Shown: piece by piece, positions 1 through 8,899 of the stretch
Layout of the letters: every line of letters begins with the position of its first letter
Numbering within the stretch: position 1 is the first letter of the stretch
Assembly: GCA_964647565.1 (NCBI GenBank)
Contig: CAZYIM010000044.1
Location: 1-17,922, forward strand
Source: an uncultured Methanosarcinales archaeon
GTDB lineage: Archaea; Nanobdellota; Nanobdellia; Woesearchaeales; CAZYIM01
DNA length: 17,922 nucleotides
Direction of reading: 5' to 3'
Position numbers and translations under genes: made by a program
The notes under the pieces: generated by a model
The model's database searches: none
What the model saw: only the letters and a program-made list of their open reading frames with translations
What the model was told of the DNA's origin: nothing

Positions 1-1212
1 GACCACTGGTTCTACACTGGCTTTTGCGAAAAGGACTTCCAAAACCATCAGGCAGCATGCAATACCGCTACATCATGCATTACAGGTTCAGACTGTACAA
101 CAGTAACAGAATTCTGCTGCGGGGACGACCCCGAGGAATATCCGATCTTTGATCAATTCTGCAATAGTTATATGTGTCAAGGCAGGAATATCTTCAGGCC
201 AACCTGCTGCAATGAATCAACTGACTGTGTTGCACCAGATACATATTATGGTCCAACCTATAATACCATAGACCATAATTATTGCCTAAGCCAGCTAACA
301 TCCAGGATAAACATCAAGAACTATACCTCTCAAGCAGATGATTATATTGATCCTAGTGATGACCTCGAGGTCTGCATCAATGGTCTCTGGACCGACCCCG
401 ATGAAAATATCACAGCATGTCAATCTACAGGTAAAACCTGGATTCCAGGCAACTCAACCTGTGAAAGTGGGTGGCAGACCAATTTTCCATTTCCTTGCAG
501 AGATGTTTATACATCTCCAGGCAGCGGCAACTATGGTGCTTTCTGCTGCGGAGACGATCTAAATGAATTCCCAGTACGACATGCACAAGGCGCATCTGGA
601 TATGGATGCTGTGCAGATACTAACCGCTGCTATTGGCAGTCAAATCCTGGAGATGCAACCTTGAGATATCAGAATGGAAGCCAGATATATCCACCAAGAT
701 GCTACAACACAACTGTCACATCAAGGGGTGAGGATTTCTTTAATATTTATGATCACTCTTTACCACCTGGACAAACACAAATCTACGATGCTTGCAACGA
801 TGGCATTGACAATGATTGCGATGGTCAGATAGACATAAATGATAATGACTGTCAAACCACATCCGTCACCTGCACCCAAGAATGCACCAAAATACTTCAG
901 GGTAAAAGTTCAACAGCGCTTTGTTCAGCAAGCTGCAATGGCACCAATGGCTGCCTTTTCAGAGATAGTCAAGTAATGAATCTTTGTGAAGGAAGAAGTC
1001 CGGGATTGTCATATACATACAACTCAACCACCAAGCTTATCTGCTGCAACCAGCTAGAAACAATAATCCAGCCACCCCCTGAAGAAGAAGGATCAAAAAT
1101 CAAGTTCAACAATGCCAGCATTAAGAACATGGCTAAGTTCACAAGGATTGTCAGGCTTAATAAGGACGGGTACAAGAGGGCTGTACGTCTTGTCATACTA
1201 ACTTGGGATTAA
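1..1212 (+). CDS. Cys-rich extracellular/pilus-associated protein, 5'-truncated by the window edge; CCGDD motifs and a MopE-like DNDCDG metal-binding motif
   Basis: Frame 1 is open from base 1 (DHWFYTGFCEKD...FCCGDDPEEY...), so the gene starts upstream of the ATG at 172. 33 Cys in 403 visible residues. FCCGDD at 112-129 and 541-558; CNDGIDNDCDGQIDINDNDC at 793-852. The stop is 1 nt before the next gene. Confidence 0.75.
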   Translation, partial: DHWFYTGFCEKDFQNHQAACNTATSCITGSDCTTVTEFCCGDDPEEYPIFDQFCNSYMCQGRNIFRPTCCNESTDCVAPDTYYGPTYNTIDHNYCLSQLTSRINIKNYTSQADDYIDPSDDLEVCINGLWTDPDENITACQSTGKTWIPGNSTCESGWQTNFPFPCRDVYTSPGSGNYGAFCCGDDLNEFPVRHAQGASGYGCCADTNRCYWQSNPGDATLRYQNGSQIYPPRCYNTTVTSRGEDFFNIYDHSLPPGQTQIYDACNDGIDNDCDGQIDINDNDCQTTSVTCTQECTKILQGKSSTALCSASCNGTNGCLFRDSQVMNLCEGRSPGLSYTYNSTTKLICCNQLETIIQPPPEEEGSKIKFNNASIKNMAKFTRIVRLNKDGYKRAVRLVILTWD

Positions 1213-1213
1213 G

Positions 1214-1732
1214 ATGAAAAAAAGAGGCTATTTTTTTACTATAGATGTATTTATAGCGGGCATGGTTTTATTCTCTACAATATACATCATATACTCAATC
1301 CAGACTGTCAGATTTCCAACAACACAGACTGAAAAGATCGGCAATGACCTCTTCAGATATCTACTGACAACAACAGTCGAAGACAGTACAAACGCTTACC
1401 TAGCAACCCTGAAACTAAACTCTTCTGTCTTCACAAGAGATGACTTCACATTATTAGAGGAGATATGTGCATTGTATGCTCTTAACATGACCACAGAGAT
1501 GCGCAACCTTACCAAGAATATCACTGAAGAACTGGTGCCAGAACAGTTCTCCTATAGGGTTGAGATAATTAACCTAAGCGATAGCACTCAAAACTATATG
1601 CTATATAACAGAAGCAAGATAAAATATCAGGATTCTTTTGAAATCATCCCAAAAAAGAGGATCATGCTGGGCAATATCAACCTGACTGAAAAGATGGGCC
1701 CCTATGTTGTAAGGACGGTGGTATGGAGATGA
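1214..1732 (+). CDS. Minor pilin-like protein with class III (type IV pilin-like) signal peptide
   Basis: N-terminus MKKRG|YFFTIDVFIAGMVLFSTIYIIY: basic residues, Gly, acidic residue near +5/+6, then a hydrophobic helix. 7 N-x-S/T sequons. Lies in the pilus locus. Confidence 0.75.
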   Translation: MKKRGYFFTIDVFIAGMVLFSTIYIIYSIQTVRFPTTQTEKIGNDLFRYLLTTTVEDSTNAYLATLKLNSSVFTRDDFTLLEEICALYALNMTTEMRNLTKNITEELVPEQFSYRVEIINLSDSTQNYMLYNRSKIKYQDSFEIIPKKRIMLGNINLTEKMGPYVVRTVVWR

Positions 1733-2739
1733 ACAAGAAAGGCGTCTTTTTCACCCTATTATCTTTGGTCATGTCCATAGTATTGGTGACCTTTTTCTCT
1801 TATGAGTTTGAGCCAAAAGTTGATGATGAGATTGTGGTCATCAAAAGCGCATTAGAAAGCCTGAATTTCCTCATGCTTGATGTCAATGACTACTATCTTC
1901 CAAGAGCGCTCTATATCTCAGGTTACAGGGCACTGGAATCAATGACCTGGGCTCAGAACCAAACGGGTTTTTTTACAGATCCGAGACACCGGTTTGAGGA
2001 AGCGCTCTGGAACGGAACATTACATAATGTCACTATCAACGGAAGCCAGACCAACCTCATCCTGCCTTTAATGGAAAATAACACATTAAGATATTTGCTT
2101 GAAAAGATCAAGAATATCACAAGTCAGGAATTCAATGTCAATATGACCTATCAAAAACCCCATAATATTACAATAGAGGATGAGGATGCGTTCGAGCTGA
2201 AGATCACCATGAAGATCAACTATATCCTCAATGATTCAAAACTTGAATCAGAATGGAACAGGACAAGCCGCATAGTAACATATATTGATGTTTATGGTCT
2301 TACCGAACCATTGGAATTCATTATATCTCCCAATGGATCAGCCAGACACAGTATCAATCAATACTATGGAAGCATAGGCAACACATCCCAGTTTCTCAGC
2401 TTATATCAAAGCGACATCTATTACAAGAGTGAAAAGGCACCCAGCTTCTGGAACAGGATGCAAAACCAGATAATTCCATCAGAATGCTGCGGTTTTGAGA
2501 GATTAATCCATCCAGACCAGCTTCCTGCAAGCATAAATAATGACACTAATAGAAGCTATGTTGATTACCTATTCTGGAAAGATATCCTTCCTGACAATGA
2601 GCAGTTCAACTGCTCAGGAGACAATTACACCTATATTTACACACTCGACATACCCAACATACCAGCTGAGTTCAAGATTGATTTTGAACATCTGGAAAGC
2701 TACAACATAACCCATAACGCAAGTTCTATCTGCCCATAA
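1729..2739 (+). CDS. Minor pilin-like protein with class III-like signal peptide, very sequon-rich
   Basis: MNKKG|VFFTLLSLVMSIVLVTFF. The ATG at 1729 overlaps the upstream stop (ATGA, 1729-1732), so it is preferred over 1723. 18 N-x-S/T sequons; C-terminal Cys residues. Confidence 0.72.
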   Translation: MNKKGVFFTLLSLVMSIVLVTFFSYEFEPKVDDEIVVIKSALESLNFLMLDVNDYYLPRALYISGYRALESMTWAQNQTGFFTDPRHRFEEALWNGTLHNVTINGSQTNLILPLMENNTLRYLLEKIKNITSQEFNVNMTYQKPHNITIEDEDAFELKITMKINYILNDSKLESEWNRTSRIVTYIDVYGLTEPLEFIISPNGSARHSINQYYGSIGNTSQFLSLYQSDIYYKSEKAPSFWNRMQNQIIPSECCGFERLIHPDQLPASINNDTNRSYVDYLFWKDILPDNEQFNCSGDNYTYIYTLDIPNIPAEFKIDFEHLESYNITHNASSICP

Positions 2740-2753
2740 CCACTTTAAAATAA

Positions 2754-2770
2754 TAAACAAATTTTATATA
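2754..2770 (+). promoter_or_regulatory. Putative archaeal BRE/TATA promoter (leaderless) for the wHTH-ATPase-TadC operon
   Basis: A-rich tract followed by TTTTATATA (2762-2770), 23 nt before the ATG at 2794. Confidence 0.55.
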
Positions 2771-2793
2771 CACTCTAACAGAATAAGAAATTA

Positions 2794-3252
2794 ATGGGTG
2801 AGGAAGTCATAGAAACAGGAGTAGATGAACTATTGGCACTTCTAAAAAAAACATCAAGAATATCTATAACAGATGCTGCCAAAGAGCTTAAGATTACTGC
2901 TTCTGTTGTACAGACTTGGGTAGATTTCCTTGTAGAGGAAAAAATCATAGGCGTAGAATATAAGTTCACAAAGCCGTATATCTACTTAAACACACAAGAG
3001 CGAAAAGACGGATCAGAGATCAGCGAAGAGGATGAACTTTCGCTGAATGCATTCAAAGAAGAATTCAGCAAAAGGGCGTCCAACAACCAGATTCCTGAAC
3101 AAAGTGTCAATTACTTCTGGAAAACCCATGTATTTAGGATACTGGAACGAAAAAAGACCTTTTTCATACAAGAAGCTAAAAAAAGATCCTTGATGGATCC
3201 TGAAGGACTTTGGAAAAGATACAAAGAAAGAGCATTGAATATGAATCAATAA
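2794..3252 (+). CDS. Hypothetical protein with N-terminal winged helix-turn-helix domain
   Basis: VDELLALLKKTSRISITDAAKELKITASVVQTWVDFLVEEKIIGVEY fits a wHTH pattern (helix, strand, HTH, wing). 1 nt gap to the next gene. Confidence 0.7.
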   Translation: MGEEVIETGVDELLALLKKTSRISITDAAKELKITASVVQTWVDFLVEEKIIGVEYKFTKPYIYLNTQERKDGSEISEEDELSLNAFKEEFSKRASNNQIPEQSVNYFWKTHVFRILERKKTFFIQEAKKRSLMDPEGLWKRYKERALNMNQ

Positions 3253-3253
3253 A

Positions 3254-5449
3254 ATGGAACTAGGAGCATTTCTTGAAAAGGACATGGTAGAATTTCTTGA
3301 TGAGATAGCTGAACAGAGAAAAGAAAAGATAGAAATCACATTGAGAGAGGAGGAGCTCAGCATCTTTGACATCAAGAAAGATTATGCAAAAGAAATGGAA
3401 CTTGCCTTAGAAAAGAACGATCTCTATTCTGCCAAGAAGATCTTTGATGAGATGAAAAGGGATTATGAGAATATGCCGGACAGCACTCTGAAAAAAAAGC
3501 GGGCACATCACATTCTTCAAGAGCTTCATAAGAAAATCAACCATCACGTCAATAAGATAGAGAAGGAAAAGACACTTATAGATGAATTGAAGGATCTCGA
3601 AGAGGAAGGATTTTTCAGTGAGAAAAAAGACCTGACCAAGACTATTGAATCCAGTGCATTGGAGAGTGGGGAAATCAAGCTCAAGAATGATATTCTGCTG
3701 TCTTTACAAAATGTCAATCAACTATTGCAAAATGGCAAGCTAAAAGAAGCCATGATTCTTTACAAAAAGACCAAAGCCATGTTCTCAGGACTTAAGAAAA
3801 CAGGTGTTGAAGAGAAGGAAGAGATATTCAATGATCTAATAGCCATGTACTACCAGATAAAGAAGTCTGAAAACCTTAAGAAAAAAGAGATTGAAACAAG
3901 CAAGGAAACAAGAGCCAAGAAAAAAGAAGGTGTTGTCAAACAGGCCGAGATACAAATAAAAACAGTCTATGCAGAGCTTGAAAAATCTATAGCCAATAGT
4001 GAAAAAGAAAATGCATTGGCAAAATGGGTGCAACTGCAGAAAATAGTGGAAAACCTTCCAGCCCATTTCCCTGAAAAAGAAAAATCACAAATCCTGCTGA
4101 TACTTCAAAAAGAGTTCACTAAGATAAAAAGAATTGATAGTGCACCAATCCAGATCAAACCTATCAGGAACGCCAGACTAGAGCAGCAGTTGAGGAGAAC
4201 ACCAGAAACACCACCAACAGCAATTGCAGCAAAAGAATCTGCTGAAGTTAAGGAAGTAGAACTTCCTAAACAACCCGGGGATGACCTACAGAAACTTAAA
4301 GACGCCATCATAAGTGAAGAAGATACGGATGTACCTTTACCACCGCCCTCTCTCACTCATCATGAAGCAACTGCTCAACCGCCACCGCCTGCTCCTGAAC
4401 CATCCGTTCAACAAGTTCCCATTCAACCTCAGAAACAGAACCTGCCCGAACTAGTGCAATCTCAACCACCAGAACCTCAAATCAATATAGCAGAGGAAGC
4501 GGTATCTGCTAAGGATGAGCAAAGGAATACAATAAGGCCTGTTCTAATCAACAAACTCAACAATGCTGAAACCTTGCTGAACAATAATGAGACTGAGGTA
4601 TCACGAAAAGAGATAAACGAATCAAAATCCCTTTTTGACAAGAATGTTGAATGCTTCAGCAAAGAAGAAAGCAAGATGATAAACAATAAGATCAAAGGCT
4701 TATTTAAGACTATGCTTGATACTGAAAAGAAAACAAAAGAACAAAAGAAAAAAACAGAAATCCCAAAACCTGTTAAAGAAGCACCACAGCTTCCACCTAA
4801 AGAAGATGTACTTGAAGAAGCCCCTACTCCTCAATCAGAAGTCCCTGAACCGCCAGAAGAACCAACTGTCAAGATCACAAAAGAAAACATCGATGAATTA
4901 ACAGAACAAAAGATGGCACAGGTCAACTGTCACATCTATGACAATAAGCTTGAAGATGCCAAGCAAGAGTATCATGAATTAAAAAATCTTTTCACTAAGA
5001 ATGTCCAGGATTATACTACTCAAAATCGCCAATTATACTACAAGAAACTAATTGACATCTTCAAGGAGCTTCAGAAAAAGCAGGCTGTCTGGGAAAAAGA
5101 AAAAAAGAAGGCAGAATATGAAGCTAAACAACAGGCACAACAAAAAAAAGAAAAACAGTACATAATGTCTGCAATCAAGGTCAGAAGGCTCATGCAGGAT
5201 ATTAATGGGACTATCAGACGGGGTAAGACTCATGAAGCAACCCTACAGATATTGGAAGCCAAGCAGATGGTAAACAAGCTTCCAGGTGTGCTAAATGATG
5301 AGAAAAAACATATTCTTGACATCCTGGCTAACCAGGCGCAAATGGTTCATGAGCTCAAGCAAAACAAGCAGCTTGAAAGGAAATACAAGAAAGCCAAGAA
5401 AACACTGGATGGTTTCCAGGAAGATGTTCAAAAAGAGGTAACTGTATGA
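3254..5449 (+). CDS. Large cytoplasmic helical-repeat protein (about six three-helix modules) with Pro/Glu-rich linkers
   Basis: 731-aa K/E-rich ORF with no signal peptide or TM segment. Repeated 'L..GKL.EA...Y...K..F..L....K..I...L..L' modules. Pro-rich aa 316-410 and 503-538. The stop overlaps the ATPase start (ATGA, 5446-5449). Confidence 0.75.
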   Translation: MELGAFLEKDMVEFLDEIAEQRKEKIEITLREEELSIFDIKKDYAKEMELALEKNDLYSAKKIFDEMKRDYENMPDSTLKKKRAHHILQELHKKINHHVNKIEKEKTLIDELKDLEEEGFFSEKKDLTKTIESSALESGEIKLKNDILLSLQNVNQLLQNGKLKEAMILYKKTKAMFSGLKKTGVEEKEEIFNDLIAMYYQIKKSENLKKKEIETSKETRAKKKEGVVKQAEIQIKTVYAELEKSIANSEKENALAKWVQLQKIVENLPAHFPEKEKSQILLILQKEFTKIKRIDSAPIQIKPIRNARLEQQLRRTPETPPTAIAAKESAEVKEVELPKQPGDDLQKLKDAIISEEDTDVPLPPPSLTHHEATAQPPPPAPEPSVQQVPIQPQKQNLPELVQSQPPEPQINIAEEAVSAKDEQRNTIRPVLINKLNNAETLLNNNETEVSRKEINESKSLFDKNVECFSKEESKMINNKIKGLFKTMLDTEKKTKEQKKKTEIPKPVKEAPQLPPKEDVLEEAPTPQSEVPEPPEEPTVKITKENIDELTEQKMAQVNCHIYDNKLEDAKQEYHELKNLFTKNVQDYTTQNRQLYYKKLIDIFKELQKKQAVWEKEKKKAEYEAKQQAQQKKEKQYIMSAIKVRRLMQDINGTIRRGKTHEATLQILEAKQMVNKLPGVLNDEKKHILDILANQAQMVHELKQNKQLERKYKKAKKTLDGFQEDVQKEVTV

Positions 5450-6915
5450 AATCCGAGAAGGATATGATAGATACAGATGTTCTTGATAAATACCTACTCA
5501 ATATGAATGACGTAGTCATAGAGATCAAGATTCTAAGCAAAGAAGATAAGCCAGTACCAATTTATCTTGTATCTATCACCAATATATCAGATACCACCAA
5601 GATAATTCTTGAAAAAATCAGAGAAGAGTTTGTCTCAAAGATTGCCTTTGAAGAGATAGAAAGGCTTGAAGAGAACAAGTCAATAGACATAAAAGACAGG
5701 TTCAGAAACCAGATCAGAAGATTATTATCCAAGTATTTCCCCAAGCTCGAAGAAAAGACAATGAACATGCTGATGAACTATCTCATCGAGGAGAATTTGG
5801 GCCTTGGCAAGATTGAAATCCTATTGAGGGACATCAACCTTGAGGAGATAGTAATCAATAATCACAAAGAACCAGTCTGGGTATATCACAGGAAATTCGG
5901 CTGGCTTGAAACCAACATCAGGATAATGAGTGAGGCCAGGATCAGGCACTATGCCACTATGATCGGAAGGGATATTGGCAAGGAAATAACCAACTTAAAT
6001 CCGCTTATGGATGCCCATCTGCTCACAGGAGACAGAGTCAATTCCACCCTGCTGCCCATATCAACGAAAGGAAACACCATCACCATAAGAAAATTCGCAT
6101 CAGATCCCTGGACCATTACCAAGTTCATGGATGAGGATACCATATCAACCTATGGAGCCGCCCTGATATGGCTGGCTATCCAAAACGAACTCTCAGTCAT
6201 CATATCAGGAGGTACAGGATCCGGAAAGACATCTATGCTCAATGTGATTAGTAATTTCTTCCCGCCCAACCAAAGGATTGTCTCTATAGAAGACACCCGG
6301 GAGCTGATATTAGCAAAGAATCTTCATTGGGTGCCCATGGAGACAAGACTTCCTAACCCAGAAGGTAAGGGCGGGATTACAATGCTTGATTTACTGGTTA
6401 ATTCCCTGAGAATGAGACCTGACAGGATAATAGTAGGAGAAATCAGAAGAAAAGAAGAAGCCCAGGTGCTTTTAGAGGCTATCCACACGGGCCACTCAGT
6501 CTATGCAACCATACACGCCAACACAGCATCAGAAGTTATAACCAGGCTTACCAATCCACCAATCGAGATCCCAAAACCAATGATCTCATCCATCTCGCTG
6601 ATTGTTGCACAGAACAGGAACAGGAGGACAGGTAAGAGAAGGACGCTGCAGGTCGCAGAAGTGCTGCCAAATGGAGATGCAAATATACTTCTCCAACTCA
6701 ACATGGCCAAAGATTTGCTTGAACCCATCAATGAATCCGAGACTATGATTGAAAGGCTCCAGCTTTATACAGGAATGACCAGGGATGCAATCGAAGCAGA
6801 CATCAAACAGAAAATCGCTGTGCTGGAATGGTTAAAGACAAAGAAAATAACAGATGTCCATGAAGTTGGAAGGATATTTGCAGATTACTACATGGGTAAG
6901 TTATCCCTAGAATAA
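5446..6915 (+). CDS. Type II/IV secretion (pilus assembly) ATPase, FlaI/CpaF/TadA/VirB11 family
   Basis: Walker A GGTGSGKT, Asp box SIEDTREL, LRMRPDRIIVGEIR (Walker B), His box TGHSVYATIHA, and the TITIRKF motif. Confidence 0.96.
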   Translation: MKSEKDMIDTDVLDKYLLNMNDVVIEIKILSKEDKPVPIYLVSITNISDTTKIILEKIREEFVSKIAFEEIERLEENKSIDIKDRFRNQIRRLLSKYFPKLEEKTMNMLMNYLIEENLGLGKIEILLRDINLEEIVINNHKEPVWVYHRKFGWLETNIRIMSEARIRHYATMIGRDIGKEITNLNPLMDAHLLTGDRVNSTLLPISTKGNTITIRKFASDPWTITKFMDEDTISTYGAALIWLAIQNELSVIISGGTGSGKTSMLNVISNFFPPNQRIVSIEDTRELILAKNLHWVPMETRLPNPEGKGGITMLDLLVNSLRMRPDRIIVGEIRRKEEAQVLLEAIHTGHSVYATIHANTASEVITRLTNPPIEIPKPMISSISLIVAQNRNRRTGKRRTLQVAEVLPNGDANILLQLNMAKDLLEPINESETMIERLQLYTGMTRDAIEADIKQKIAVLEWLKTKKITDVHEVGRIFADYYMGKLSLE

Positions 6916-6917
6916 AA

Positions 6918-7730
6918 ATGGTTCTAATAGGTCATCGTATCAAGTCAAATCTCCCGAATCTTAAGAAGAAACTTGACATGGCTCACATGAATGTGAAGCC
7001 TGAAAAATATATTGACATGAATTTCCAGCTCGCAATAATTGCGGCAATAGGTTTTGGCGTGATGCTCTTTCTCATATTCCTAAGATACAATAAACCCCTG
7101 ATCTTTATACCTCTCTTGATAATCGGTATTTTCCTGCTCTTTTTTTGGGCATTCATGAAACGTGCTGATGCCAAGATTATGAAAAGAAAGAAAGATATTG
7201 ACAAGGAAGTGCTTTTTGCAGGCAGATTCCTTCTCGTCAAGCTTAATTCAGGCAGGCCATTAATGAATTCCTTAGTAGATGCATCAAAAAGTTATGGTGT
7301 CGCTTCAAAATATTTCAAGGAGATAGTACATGATATCGAGCTTGGAAAACCTATCGAAGAAGCCCTTGAAAAAGCATCCATCTATAGCCCATCAAGAAAC
7401 TTCAGGAAGATCCTTTTCCAGATTAGCAATGCTCTTAAGATAGGAATCGATGTCTCAAAATTCCTCGAAGCCACCCTAGAGCATATATCCCACGAACAGT
7501 TAATAGAGATACAAAGATATGGCAAGAAACTAAACAGTGTCACTATGTTTTATATGCTGTTTGCAGTGGTGCTGCCATCTCTGGGCATGACTCTGCTAGT
7601 AGTCATCGGCAGTTTCCTTAATATCCAGATGGACATCAACCTATTTGTGGTTGTACTCTTCTTCCTAATCATACTGGAATTCATGTTCATTACTGTATTC
7701 AAAAGTATAAGACCTAATGTAAACATCTGA
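6918..7730 (+). CDS. Type II secretion system F family membrane platform protein (TadB/TadC/FlaJ-like)
   Basis: Two N-terminal TM helices, a T2SSF-type domain (LNSGRPLMNSL...FKEIVHDIELGKPIEEAL) and two C-terminal TM helices. Directly follows the ATPase. Confidence 0.9.
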   Translation: MVLIGHRIKSNLPNLKKKLDMAHMNVKPEKYIDMNFQLAIIAAIGFGVMLFLIFLRYNKPLIFIPLLIIGIFLLFFWAFMKRADAKIMKRKKDIDKEVLFAGRFLLVKLNSGRPLMNSLVDASKSYGVASKYFKEIVHDIELGKPIEEALEKASIYSPSRNFRKILFQISNALKIGIDVSKFLEATLEHISHEQLIEIQRYGKKLNSVTMFYMLFAVVLPSLGMTLLVVIGSFLNIQMDINLFVVVLFFLIILEFMFITVFKSIRPNVNI

Positions 7731-7732
7731 AA

Positions 7733-8755
7733 ATGGAACTATTATTCATGGAAAAGTTTGGTAAGGCCTTTATCCCAAAAAAGATAAGGCCTGGCCTACG
7801 AAGATACTTATTAAAGGCAGGTATTGACAACGTACCATACAAGTTTTTCGGAGGATTGTTCTATGCAACACTTATTATAACCCTTATTGTATATATCTTT
7901 CAGATATACCCTTCACTTATAGATGCTTCACCTATTAAAGTTGTAGGTATCACCTTCTTGTTCTGGCTGGCTGTAAACCTGGCCCTGATAGCAGTGGTCA
8001 TGATAATATTTTATTTTTATCTCAACATTAAGATATACCAACGAACCAAAGATCTTGAGGACAGACTGCCAGACTACCTAACCCTTGTTTCTACCAATCT
8101 AAAAGGAGGCATGTCATTTGAAAATGCGCTTTGGGGCGCAATCAAACCTGAATTCGGAATACTTGCCAAAGAAATAGCTATGGTCTCCAAAATGGTGATG
8201 ACTGGCAATGATGTGGCTGAGGCCCTTATGCACTTTGGAATGAAATATGATTCACCTATTTTGAGAAGATCGATCAACCTAATCATTGGAGAGCTTGAAA
8301 GCGGAGGAGGTGTGGTAAATGTAATTGATAGGGTCATTGAAAACCTTAAGAAAACATCACTTCTCAAGCAGGAGATGGCTGCTACAACAGTGACCTATAT
8401 GATCTTCATTGGAGCCATTGTTTGCATCATAGCACCCATGCTCTTTGCCCTGGCTTTCCAGTTAACAAGCATAATAACCACTGTCACAACAAGGATTGCA
8501 GTCTCTTCAGCCAACAATCCAGCCATGCCATTCCAACTATCAGCCGCTACATTGCAAAAACGGGATTTCCAGATATTCTCAACCCTGGCGCTAGGTATTA
8601 TAGCTGTGTTCTCAGCATCTATAGTGTCAATCATCGAGAAAGGTAATGTAAAAGGCGGAATCAAGTATATACCTATATTTCTTATCACCTCTGAAATCCT
8701 ATATATAATATTCATGTTTGTTTTCAATATGCTTTTCGGTTCACTTGCAGGATAA
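7733..8755 (+). CDS. Second type II secretion system F family membrane platform protein (TadC-like)
   Basis: LEDRLPDYLTLVSTNLKGGMSFENALW...EFGILAKEI...TGNDVAEAL T2SSF signature; multiple TM helices. Confidence 0.92.
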   Translation: MELLFMEKFGKAFIPKKIRPGLRRYLLKAGIDNVPYKFFGGLFYATLIITLIVYIFQIYPSLIDASPIKVVGITFLFWLAVNLALIAVVMIIFYFYLNIKIYQRTKDLEDRLPDYLTLVSTNLKGGMSFENALWGAIKPEFGILAKEIAMVSKMVMTGNDVAEALMHFGMKYDSPILRRSINLIIGELESGGGVVNVIDRVIENLKKTSLLKQEMAATTVTYMIFIGAIVCIIAPMLFALAFQLTSIITTVTTRIAVSSANNPAMPFQLSAATLQKRDFQIFSTLALGIIAVFSASIVSIIEKGNVKGGIKYIPIFLITSEILYIIFMFVFNMLFGSLAG

Positions 8756-8773
8756 AAAGTTTTGAACTGAAAG

Positions 8774-8796
8774 TCTGTCATTTAAAAAAATTCCTT
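8774..8796 (+). repeat. Copy 1 of a 22-23 bp dispersed direct repeat upstream of promoters
   Basis: TCTGTCATTTAAAAAAATTCCTT; differs from 9713-9734 by a single T indel. Confidence 0.8.
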
Positions 8797-8798
8797 AC

Positions 8799-8840
8799 CT
8801 TTCGGTTCAAAAAAAAACCTTGAACCGAAAGTTTTATATA
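8799..8840 (+). promoter_or_regulatory. Pilin promoter: perfect 12-bp inverted repeat overlapping the BRE, followed by a TATA box
   Basis: CTTTCGGTTCAA (8799-8810), 9 nt, TTGAACCGAAAG (8820-8831), then TTTTATATA (8832-8840). SD GAGGTG lies just before the ATG at 8900. Confidence 0.7.
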
Positions 8841-8899
8841 CTAAAAAGAGGAGAAATGTAACATTAGTATACTGAAAAATAAACCAAAGAGGTGTTAGT

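Noticed and set aside
8734..8831. Invertible (phase-variable) pilin promoter
   Set aside because: The TATA box lies outside all inverted-repeat pairs, so inversion would not flip the promoter, and no recombinase is in the window. Kept only as an operator-array hypothesis.
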